From NCBI GenBank assembly GCA_965240325.2, contig OZ251226.1, forward strand, positions 3,224,001 through 3,288,000: a DNA stretch of 64,000 nucleotides, written 5' to 3'. The number at the start of each line of letters is the position of its first letter. Within the stretch, counting starts at the first letter, position 1. The notes below the pieces were generated by a model. That model did not search any database, was not told the DNA's origin, and saw only the letters and a program-made list of their open reading frames with translations. This DNA comes from Rebecca billardiae RCC1528. Taxonomy: Eukaryota > Protista > Haptophyta. Below are positions 54,283 through 64,000 of this stretch, piece after piece. A program made the position numbers and the translations under genes.

Positions 54283-57229
54283 ATGGCGTCGATGTGAGTC
54301 CCGCGCGCGTGCGGCCCATGCAGGCTCCAGCCGCGGGTCTGCCCGCCGCGCGGCGCGCGCTGGGTGCTCAACGCGCGCGCTCCCCCTCGCCCTGCGCGCC
54401 CGCCGCCGCGCGTCCCGCCCGCGCAGCACGTATGACTTGTTATGGAAGGAGGCGATGGTGGAGCTGCTCGATCAGCTCCAGGTGAACGAGCCAGCGGCGT
54501 TCGACTCGTCGGTTCCGCAGGACGACGAGCAGCGCTTCCAGCACTACGCGACGCTATACATTCGCTACCTCCAGATCGTGCGCAAGCTCGAGGAGGCGTA
54601 CGACCAGATCGTCCACCCGCAGAAGCGCGTGGACATCAAGGCGACGCTGATCGCGTGCATGGGCCGCGTGCTCGAGATCAAGGACGCACTGATCCTGCTG
54701 AACCGCGGGATCAACTTCCTCAACCTGGACGAGGTGCTCGTCGATCTGAAGCTCGACCCGACCGTGCTCGAGGTGCCCGTGCCGCGCTACTTCGTCGAGG
54801 AGCGCGACGACATCGAGATGCGCGAGCAGCTGCTCGACACGTACACGCAAAAGTTCGAGCTGCCCGACTACAGCAAGCAGGAGGAGATCGACCCGGCGTC
54901 GGAGCTCTCGCTCGACGCGGCGATCCGCGCGATCCAGATCAACGAGCGCGCGCGGCAGGGCCGGCAGCGCGCGCGCGGCATGCGCGAGATCCAGCTCGAG
55001 GAGGAGCGCGAGCGCAAGATGATGCAGCTGGGCGCGGAGGCGGAGGAGAAGGACCCGGCGGCGGCCGCGCAGCTGATCCAGTCGCGCTGGCGCGGGTACG
55101 ACGCGCGGCGGAAGACGGACATCATGCGGCAGGAGGAGCTGATATTCATCGGCATGGAGCACGCGCCGCCGCTCCCGCCCAGCGCCGACCCGCGCGAGTC
55201 GCTCAAGGCGAACCGCGTGCGGCGCAAGCACGTGCAGGAGATGCACGCCGAGGAGTACAAGCGCGCGCTCGTCACGCTCAAGGAGGAGGTGACGGCGCAC
55301 GAGGCGCCCGAGATGCGCGAGGAGATGCTCGACCAGCTACGCGACTGGTACATCAAGGAGCACGAGCGCTCCGGCGCCTTCCCCAAGCTCGAGATGCTCA
55401 CCGCCGAGCCCGAGGAGGAGAAGGTGCCGCTGGACGACAAGGCGAAGAAGGCGCTCGAGAAGGCCGAGAAGGACAAGGCGGCCAAGGCCAAGAAGAAGGG
55501 CGCGGTCGAGGTGGAGGAGGTGCCCGTCGACCGCACCTTCGCGAACGGGATGAGCTCGTCCTTCCGCCTCTGGTCGGACAAGTGGCAGCTGCGCGACGAG
55601 TCGGACAACTTTGCGCAGAAGTACGACCCCGAGCTGGTGAAGCAGCAGGTGCGGCCCGAGGTCGAGGAGGCGGTGCGCGACGAGGTCAAGCTGCGCATCG
55701 AGCAGGAGCTCAAGAACCTCGAGGAGGCGTTCGAGCGCGACCGGAACAAGGGGAAGAAGGGGAAGAAGGGGAAGGGCGGCAAGAAGGGCAAGGGCAAGGG
55801 CAAGAAGGGCAAGGGCAAGGGCAAGCCCAAGGGCCCGAAGGAGCCGAAGGACATCGCCGCCAAGTCGCTCGAGGAGCTGTACCGGCTGCTCGTGCAGAAG
55901 GAGCTCGTCAAGAAGCACCCAAAGGTGAGAGAGAGGGGCGGATCGGGAGCGGCGCGAGAGAGCGAGGGAGCGGGCGCGAGCGGCGCGCGGACGCCGAGCG
56001 CCCGGCCGCCCAGCGCCGCCGCCGGCCGCCGCCGACCGCCCGCCCCGCCCCGCCCCGCCCCGCGATCGCGCGCGCCTTCCCCCGGCTGCACCAGGTGCAC
56101 ATGTCTGAGTACATTGGCTCCTTCCTCTACCTCGGCCGCGCGGTCGAGAAGCTCGCAGAGGCGGCCGGCAAGGCGCCGCCGCCCGCCGAGGGCGAGCCCG
56201 CGCGCGAGAAGCCCAAGTGGCCCGACCCGTCGGCCGCGCAGATCAGGCAGACGGTGACGGAGATGGCGGTCTGGCCCCTCGGCGAGCAGTACATCAAGGA
56301 CCACTGGAGCGCGATCAAGTCGATCCTGCTCGTCGGCTCGGAGGGCGCGGGCAAGCGCATGCTCGCCAACGCGATCGCGACCGACACGGGCTCCAACTTC
56401 TTCGACCTCACGCCCGGCAACACGAGCGGCAAGTTCCCGGGCAAGAAGGGGCCGTATGAGATGCTCTTCGCCACGCTCAAGCTGGCAAAGGCGTACCAGC
56501 CCTCCGTCGTATGGATCGGCGATGTCGAAGTGCGCGCCGTGCCGCGCGCGCGGCCACGCCTCCGCGCCCGCGCACAGTCGCGGGCTGACTGGCGCCGCCC
56601 CCCGCGCGCGCCGCCCCGTGCGCGCGCGCGCGCAGACGGTCTTCTCGTCGGCGAAGGCGAAGAAGGGCGCGAAGGGCGCGGGCGACCCGGCCAACCGCAT
56701 CCTCAAGCCACTCAAGGAGCTGGTCGACCACAAGTCCGACAAGAAGCGGCTCCTCGCGCCGACTGACCGCGTGCTGATCATCGGCGCGTCCTCGCGGCCC
56801 TACTCGCTCGAGAAGGCCAAGGACTACAACGCGCTGATGGCCTTCTTCAAGAAGGTGGTCTTCCTGCCGCTGCCGGACTACCCGTCGCGGTACATGCTGT
56901 GGCAGGAGGGGCTCAAGCACGCGGGCATCACGCGCCCGCCCGCGGACGACGTGCAGACGCTCGCGCGCATCTCGGAGCACTACTCGTCCGGCTCGATCAT
57001 GCGCGTCGTGCGGAGGTCAGTCACCAAGCGGCGCGTGAGCAGGCTAGACCGCAAGCCGTTCACGATGAACGAGATCATCGGCCCGCTGGCGAAGGAGATG
57101 CCGATCTACCACGCGGACGACAAGGCGATGTACGACTGGTACATCAAGACGCTCGGGCTCGACGCGAAGAAGGAGGAGGTCGACCCGAAGGCGAAGGGCA
57201 AGAAGGACGACAAGAAAAAGAAGAAGTAG
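54283..57229 (+). CDS. IQCA1: IQ and AAA domain protein, dynein regulatory complex subunit DRC11; introns 54294-54426, 55925-56094, 56530-56635
   Basis: [27 protein letters not shown] motif [18 protein letters not shown]-rich linker, AAA region [12 protein letters not shown]; 11-nt first coding exon ATGGCGTCGAT. Confidence 0.92.
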
Positions 57230-57588
57230 ACGACTCCGATGACGGCGTGACCGAGTGGTGACACTTGGATTGATGACAATGAATGATGACAGTCCCGCAG
57301 TCTGTTTGGTCACTGGCACTGTGCGGTGGCAGCGTTCACTACACACTATATAGATATATGTCATATGCATCGTCATCAGAGGCTCCGGAGGCGGCGGCTT
57401 CCTCACGGCGATTCGGATGCCAGTCGGAGAGTCTTTGGCGCAGACGAGTGAGACGTGACTCCACTCACGGCGGCGGTCGCCGCGGCCCAGGTCGCCGGCC
57501 GGCTAGACGTGTGCCGGTTCGTTTCCCGCGTCCGCGCGACGCGAGCGCCACGCCTGACGCACACGGACGTGACTTCAATGGAAGTCTC

Positions 57589-57852
57589 TCATTTGAGCTT
57601 CTTGTCGCGCAGGTGTTGCTTCAATATGTTCTCGCGGCGTTTGAGTTCTGCTTGTCGCATGGTTGCAACGCGAGGCTTGTCGTCCGGCTTGCCATCCGGC
57701 TCGCGCATGGATTTGATCTTGACCTTGAGAGCCGCGATCTCTTTGAGCTTGTCCTCGATGATAGTGCTCGACAGCTTAAGCGTTGCTCGAAGCTTCTTGT
57801 TCTGCGATCGGAGCCGCTTCCACTTCTTCGCATCGTCCATCACATCCCGCAT
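57589..57852 (-). CDS. Small basic coiled-coil protein, unknown function
   Basis: MRDVMDDAKKWKRLRSQNKKLRATLKLSSTIIEDKLKEIAALKVKI...; K/E-rich composition atypical of spurious GC-rich ORFs; start uncertain. Confidence 0.5.
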   Translation of the reverse strand: MRDVMDDAKKWKRLRSQNKKLRATLKLSSTIIEDKLKEIAALKVKIKSMREPDGKPDDKPRVATMRQAELKRRENILKQHLRDKKLK

Positions 57853-58070
57853 TTCCTTGATGAGGACCGTTGGTCGAGGTGCGAGACCGCTCGCCACCCG
57901 CCGCTCCAGAGGCGCTGACGAACTCAAGCGTGCGTCCGGTCGAGACGTGCGTGCTGCCGTGCTCAGCCCGACCGGACTGCAACTTCGCGCCCTTTTGGTG
58001 CGGCGGGCGTGACTTCCCGCGCAAAGCACGACGCCGCGACCTTGCACTACTGCGCGAGACGAGAGCACGC

Positions 58071-60252
58071 ATGCCCGCTGCTGCCGAGCCCGACGTGATC
58101 GGCGCGCCGCTCGCGTTCGCCGAGGCCTTCTTCCAGGCGACGGTCGCGCATGACGCCGACAAGGTGGAGAGCGGCCAGGGCTGGGGCCTCCGCGAGGCGA
58201 TCGAGGGCGCGGTGCTGCGCGCGGGCGGGCTGGAGCGCGTGCCTGCGCTCGACACGACGCCGCTCGAGCAGCTGCGGCCGGGGACGCTGGTGCGCTTCCA
58301 GGGCATGGTGAAGGACATGTGGGATCCCGAGTTCTACATGGGCGTGTACGAGGAGATCGACCAGGCGACGGGCAAGCGGTGCGTGCGCCCACTCAGCGCG
58401 CGCGCGCGCGCGCGCCCCCCGCTCTTGTGCGCGCGCGCGCACGCGCTCCCCGCTGATCCCCGGTCCGCGCGCCCCCGTGCGCCGCCGCCTCCGCCGATCG
58501 CGCAGTACACTCAAGTCGGGCAAGTACTCTGACGCCGTGGATGGCCGCCCGGGCTGCGAGCTCGCGCCCGTGCGCAGCGCGCGCACCGGGCACGCATGCG
58601 TGCACATGCGCACCCCTCTGCTGGTGGTCCCGACGCCCGCCCTCACGCCCTGGGCGGCGGAGGCGCGCGCGAGCGCGACTTCGTCGGCGGTTGGCGCGCC
58701 CCAGGGCCTGCGCCCGTCCGACACGGCCGCCGCGCGCAAGCGTGGCGCCCCGGACGACGCCGACGCCGCGGTCGAGATGGCGACTGACGCGGCCGCTGCC
58801 GCCGCTGCTGCGACCGCCGGCGGCGCCGGCCCCACGGCCTCGATCGGCGAGGGCGTGGCGAAGCGCTCGGCGGGCGACGGGCGCGCGGCGGCGCCTTCCG
58901 AGCAGCCCGACGCAGGCACCGCCGCCGCCTTCCGCTACGGCTCGGCCGGCGCGTGGCGCTCCGCCATCGTGAAGCTGTACGACGGACACGGCGATGGCGC
59001 GGGCGGCGCGCGCGCGGGCGCGCCCGCGGCCGCCGGCGGCGCGGACGAGGAGGCTGCGCGCGGGCTGCGGCTGAACGACGTGGTCGAGTTTGTCGGCGTG
59101 CTCTCCCTCGAGTCGGACTTGCCCAACGACCTCGACGCGCTCGCCCTCGACGCGCTCGCCGACGACCCGCTCGCCCACCGCCCGCGCGGCACTGCGGTGC
59201 CGCGCGTGCACTGCGTGTCCTTCCGGCGCGAGCGCGGTCGCCCCAACGCGCTGCTGCCGCCGCACGACGCGGTGGCGGAGCGCGCGGCGGCGGTGGCGGC
59301 GGCGCGCGCGGCGGCGCCCGCGCTGCGCGAGGCCGCGCTCGACGTGCTCCGCGCCGCGCTCGGCGGCGACGCCCTCGCCGCCGAGTACGCGCTGCTCTGG
59401 GCGCTGTCGTCCGTGCACGCGCGCGTGGGCGCGCCCGGCGCGCTCACCGCCGTCGGCGCGCTGCCGCTCGCGCTGCAGGCGCCGAGCGCGGGCGGGGCGG
59501 GCGGCGCGCTCGGCGAGCCGCTCGCCGAGGCGCTCGGCGCGCTGCTCCCGCTCTTCAAGAAGCTCACCCTCGACGTGCCCTCCCTCAACGCCGCCGTGTA
59601 CGCCCCCGCGCGCGACGAGGCGTCCAACTGCCTCTGCGACGCGGCGCTGCAGCTGCCGGCCGGCACCGCGCTGCTCGCGGATGAGGGCGCGCTGCAGGGC
59701 GGGCAGCTGGGGGAGAAGGGCGTGGCGAACGTGCGCGCGCTCGCCGAGCTCGCCGCGCGGCAGAGCGTGCACTACGACTTCGGCGTGTACGCGCTGCCGT
59801 ACGACGCCGACGTGCCCGTCCTCCTCCTCTCGCGCGGCCGCTCGATCGTGCCGCCGCCGCCCGAGCAGCTGAGCGTGGCCGTCGCCCAGCTCGACGCGGC
59901 CGCGTGCGCGTGCGGCGTGCGCGAGGCGCTGGCGCGCGCGGAGGCGGGCGCGCCGGGCGGGCTGCGCGGCGTGCGCGCGTACCTCACGCTCGCCGCCGAC
60001 GAGCCCGCCGAGCTCGAGCCCGAGCTCGTCGAGGCGGCGCAGTCGGAGTTTGTGGCCGCGCGGCAGGCGGACCCGAGCGTGGGGGCGCACACGCTGCACG
60101 CGTGGTGCACGCTCGCGCGGCTGGTCGCGCGCTCCAGCCTGCGCGCGGTGGACGCGGAGCAGTGGGCCAAGATGCGCGCCCTCGAGGACGCCCGCGCCGC
60201 GCGCAGCGCCGCGCGCGACGCGCAGGCGCGCACGCCCGGCGTCGCCGTCTGA
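58071..60252 (+). CDS. MCMBP: Mini-chromosome maintenance complex-binding protein; intron 58379-58505
   Basis: [60 protein letters not shown]...[10 protein letters not shown]. Confidence 0.92.
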
Positions 60253-60571
60253 GAGGGCCGCGCCCCCGCACGGCCGCCGGCCGCTGCGGAGCGGCGGGCT
60301 CGTCGCGCGCGCGCTGCGTGCCGCGAGCCGCCCAAGCACTGGCCGGGCACACCGCCGGGCGCCCGGGCGACACGCTCCGGCGCCGCGGTCGCTGCTAGCT
60401 TCCCCAACGAGTGCACCCATGTGTGGCAAGCGCCGCGGCCAGAACCGTGGCGCGATTCTGAGCTGATGCGACCACGACGGTACCTGCTGCCCGCCCGCCG
60501 TGCCCGCCGTATTTCCATCGGCCGGCATGGCCGCGGGCCTGCGTCGACCAGCACCGGACTCTGGTACTGTA

Positions 60572-61569
60572 TCCCCTTACCGCAGTCTGCTTCTATACGA
60601 AGCAGATTTGGGTGGGCGGCGGCGTGGGAGCGCTGGGCGCGCAGGTAGACGGCGCGAGCGGGCGCGCGCACGCTTGGGGGCATCTTTGGGACCATACCCA
60701 TCGATGACCCGAGCCTCGCCGCCACCGCCCTTCCCCTTCTCCCGTGCCACGGCGTCCAGACGGAGTGCCAAACGAGCGTTTGAACATGCCACGAAGCAGA
60801 TTTGGAATGCGGTGCTCAAACCGCTGCGGAGGTGATCGTCAGGCTGCGGCGTGGGGCTGGGAGGGGTATCATAATAACGTAATGGATGACGGTCGTCACC
60901 CGTGCGCCGGTCGGTAGGCTGCTACTCAGCGCCAGTAGGCTCGTACGCTGCACCTCGAGCTCAAGATCCCTCACCGTGGGCTCCGCGCGAGTGACACTGA
61001 GCACGAGGAGGGTGTACTTGCGAGGGGTACGCGCGTCGCGCCTGCGATCGACGCCAAGACAAGCGAAGAAGCGATACCACCACTCCCGCGAAGCGCCTGC
61101 CTGACTTGCACTCGGTGTACACACCGCGTGCGGTGTGCCGCAAGGAAGGAGCCCGACCCGTGCCTCAGCGTGTCCCGCGCGGCTGGCTGGTGGGCACTTT
61201 CAGCGTGATCGGTCATGCGAACGCGCGCAGAGTAACGCGCTCAGTATGTACACTGTCTACAATCATCTTTGTCGGTCGCCCACGTGCTTGATGAATGATG
61301 CGGCTGCAAGGAGTGCAGCCGGGTGTCGCGGGCCCGAGTCGAGCGCCCAGCCAGCACGACGGCAGCTCGGCGCCGCCGCGCGTTGCCATCGTGGAGGCGG
61401 TGAAGCTGGAGGTACTAGGCTGGCGGCTGTCTGAGGGTAGCTAGACCATGCCTGGGCACTCTCAAGCCGTGTTCAACGCCCAGGCGCGCGTGGGTGGGCC
61501 GCAAAGCGCGCGCAGCGGCCGCCGTCAAATCTGCTTCCATACGAAGCAGATTAAACTGCGGTAAGGGGA
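60572..61569. mobile_element. ~1-kb MITE-like element with TA flanks (Tc1/mariner-like)
   Basis: TA|TCCCCTTACCGCAGT ... ACTGCGGTAAGGGGA|TA. The imperfect TIR extends ~40 bp and includes a CTGCTTC-N5-GAAGCAG hairpin. Confidence 0.7.
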
Positions 61570-61817
61570 TATGATTCAGATGAAGCAGCCAAACTACGTT
61601 GCCAATATGGCAATATAGTTGATGAGCATCCGCACGACCAATAACTACCGCGCTATATCTATATCGATCTATATATAACCAGTATGAGTATTGGCGCGCG
61701 CAGTCGTATGCATGCTCTTGACGAGGAGTTGTGCGGGTAGGATCAGCAAGGCTGCTGCTGCCGCTGGATCGTCGTCGTCCCGTCACCCGTGTCACTGTTG
61801 ATCAGGACTGTCAGGGC

Positions 61818-62834
61818 TCAGGCAGCAGCGGCAGCCTGTCGCTCGCGCACCGCGGCGAAGAAGATGGCGGGGACGGCCTCGCCGCGCGTCACGAGCTCGC
61901 CGGCCTCGTCGACGAGCACGCGCCAGCCCTCCGCGCGGGAGAAGTGGTGCGCGAGCTCGCCGCGCTCGAGGCGGCGCGACGGCTTGAACGGCGGCACCGC
62001 GTTCTCGCGCGCGCCCGGCGGCTCGGCAAAGGTGGCCCAGAGGAACACGCTGCCGCGCGCGCGCAGCACACGCGTGGCGAGCAGCGGCAGCAGCGGCTTG
62101 ACGAGGAAGCGGTGGCCGTGCACGAGGCGCACGTCGCCCGACTCCCAGCCCGCCGTCGCCGAGCCGTCGCGCGCGCGCAGGTCGCGATGCTCCGCGCGCA
62201 CGCGCACAGCCGCGCGCGCAGCGAGCGCCTCACACCGGCCAAGCGCGCCGCGGTGGTTGTCCACTCCGACCACCTCCCACGCGGGGCAGCCGCCGCCGCT
62301 GCGCTCGAGGGCGCGGGCAAGGTGGACGGCGTCGCGCCCGTTCCCCGTACCCAGGTCCAGCGCGCGCGCGCGTGCAGGCGGCGCCGCGCCCGCCCTCGCC
62401 GCCTCGGACGCCGCAGCGTCGAGCGCCTCAGCAAGGCGCGCGCGCAGGAACGTGTTGGCGCGCCACGACGGGGCGGACTCGCGCGAGCCGTGCGGCGCCT
62501 CGCGCCAGCCGGCGCGCGCGCACGCGCGCCACGAGGTCTCGTCGGACGAGTCGAGCGCGGTGCACACTGTCCAGCCGCGCTGCTCGAGCAGCTCGGCCGC
62601 CGCCCGCGCCTCGGCCGCGTCGGCGCCGACCACGGCGAGCTCATCCTCAGACGGCGCCGGCAGCTCAAACAGCCGCGGGGCGAGCTGGTCGAGCGGGATG
62701 GACGAGGCGCCCGCGAGGTGGCGGGCCGTGTACGCCGCGGGGGAGCGCACATCCACCAGGATCGTGCCTGTCGCGGGCGCGACAGGCACAGCAATCAAGC
62801 CCGGCGCGAGCAGCGCGCACATCGCGGCCGCCAT
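61818..62834 (-). CDS. Rhodanese-like domain + class I SAM methyltransferase (TehB-like)
   Basis: LVDVRSPAAYTARHLAGASSIP; ALDLGTGNGRDAVHLA; VVGVD; HRFL. Confidence 0.85.
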   Translation of the reverse strand: MAAAMCALLAPGLIAVPVAPATGTILVDVRSPAAYTARHLAGASSIPLDQLAPRLFELPAPSEDELAVVGADAAEARAAAELLEQRGWTVCTALDSSDETSWRACARAGWREAPHGSRESAPSWRANTFLRARLAEALDAAASEAARAGAAPPARARALDLGTGNGRDAVHLARALERSGGGCPAWEVVGVDNHRGALGRCEALAARAAVRVRAEHRDLRARDGSATAGWESGDVRLVHGHRFLVKPLLPLLATRVLRARGSVFLWATFAEPPGARENAVPPFKPSRRLERGELAHHFSRAEGWRVLVDEAGELVTRGEAVPAIFFAAVRERQAAAAA

Positions 62835-62944
62835 CGGGGCGCCGGCCGCTCTGAAAGTCTGAATTCCTGCACGAGCACGTCGCGCGGCCCTTTTCATCGG
62901 CTTTTCCTGGGCGCGGCCCGCCGCGGCATCAAGAAAGCGGCACG

Positions 62945-64000
62945 ATGGTTCCCAACGGCGGCATCTCGTCGCGACGCGAGCTCCCGCCCGCGCCGGTCCT
63001 CGACGGGCGGCCGGCGCGCGGGCGCAGCGGCGGCGGCGGGAGCGGACGCGGCCGGCCGAACTGGCTCTGCCTCATCTTCGGCGCGCAGGTGCTGCTCTTC
63101 GTCGCCGTGACGCTCGCGGCGTTCACCTTCTTCACCTCGCACTCGCTTGCGACCGCCGAGCTCGAGAAGGAGCTCGTGACGCTGCGCGCGGAGCGCGCGG
63201 CGCTGCAGGCGCAGCTGGACGGGCGCGTCGTCGCGAGCACCGCCGCCGCGCAGCCCGCGCCCGCCGCCGCCGCCGCCGCCGCCGCGCGCCCCGCGTCGAG
63301 CACTCTCGCGGCGGCCGCGCTGCCTCCGCCGCTCTCCGAGTCTGCGCTGCGGCTCGCGCTGAACGGCGAGTGCGCGGAGGTGCGCGAGGGGTGGTGGGTG
63401 TACGAGCTGTGCTTCTTCCACTCCGTCCGCCAGTTCCACCCGGCCGACGCGCACGGCCGCTTCGACGAGTACTCGCTCGGCCGCTTCCACTCGGCGGAGC
63501 CGCCCACGCGCCAGCTGTACGCGGGCGGCGACAAGTGCGGCTCGAGGACGCGCGAGACGCGCGTGGCGCTGGAGTGCGGCGCGGCGGGCGAGGGGCCGCG
63601 CATCCTCAAGATCGAGGAGGTGCGCACGTGCGAGTACATCGCGCGCGTCGCCACGCACGCCGCGTGCGCGCCGGGCGAGAAGCCGGCGCCGCTGCCAGAG
63701 CCGGCGCCAAGCGCGGCCGCCGACGCCAAGCCGGCCGCGGCGGCGGCGGCGGCGGCGGCGGTGTCGACGCTGCCCGACCGCGGGCGCGGCGTGGCCCCGG
63801 GCGTGGCGATCACGCCCGCGCCCCCCGTGCGCGGCGGCACCTCCACCGGCCCCACGCCGCCGCCCTCCCGGTACGCGCACCTCCCGAGCTCGGGCGCGGC
63901 TGCGCTCGGCGAGAAGGCGGCCGCGGTCGTGGAGGCGTTCACGCACTCGTGGGGGGCGTACCGGGCGCACGCGTGGGGGAAGGACGAGTACCAGCCGCTC
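62945..64000 (+). CDS. Type II membrane protein: TM + coiled coil + MRH (OS-9/PRKCSH-like) domain + start of GH47 alpha-1,2-mannosidase; truncated by window edge
   Basis: Manual translation, open for 352 codons: WLCLIFGAQVLLFVAVTLAAFTFF; CAEVREGWWVYELCFFHSVRQFH...YAGGDKC...RETRVALEC...IEEVRTCEYIARV; VVEAFTHSWGAYRAHAWGKDEYQPL. Confidence 0.85.
   Translation, partial: MVPNGGISSRRELPPAPVLDGRPARGRSGGGGSGRGRPNWLCLIFGAQVLLFVAVTLAAFTFFTSHSLATAELEKELVTLRAERAALQAQLDGRVVASTAAAQPAPAAAAAAAARPASSTLAAAALPPPLSESALRLALNGECAEVREGWWVYELCFFHSVRQFHPADAHGRFDEYSLGRFHSAEPPTRQLYAGGDKCGSRTRETRVALECGAAGEGPRILKIEEVRTCEYIARVATHAACAPGEKPAPLPEPAPSAAADAKPAAAAAAAAAVSTLPDRGRGVAPGVAITPAPPVRGGTSTGPTPPPSRYAHLPSSGAAALGEKAAAVVEAFTHSWGAYRAHAWGKDEYQPL

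Overview
GC-rich (roughly 70% by eye) eukaryotic nuclear DNA. Short GC-rich GT-AG introns (mostly GTGCG donors), signal-plus-transit-type N-termini and a flagellar DRC11/IQCA1 gene point to a flagellated alga with a complex plastid; a Pavlovales-type haptophyte is my inference. About 25 protein-coding genes are present, 16 of them in tight head-to-head pairs (85-332 bp apart). The larger gaps hold non-autonomous mobile elements and long inverted repeats. Highlights: (1) a signal peptide + PA domain + 7TM protein ending in a HET/TIR-like domain (21233-24160), head-to-head with a membrane-anchored or secreted multi-EF-hand protein; (2) a type II membrane protein fusing an OS-9-like MRH lectin domain to the start of a GH47 alpha-1,2-mannosidase (62945 to window end, missing from the ORF track); (3) three copies of a Helentron/Helitron2-like element with shared asymmetric subterminal inverted repeats and a 3' hairpin but different cargo; (4) three long inverted duplications, one of a whole glycosyltransferase-like gene; (5) MITE-like elements with TGA and TA target duplications; (6) a 25-nt micro-exon carrying the GADD motif of a Dispatched-like transporter. 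All calls come from reading the sequence by eye; no searches were run.
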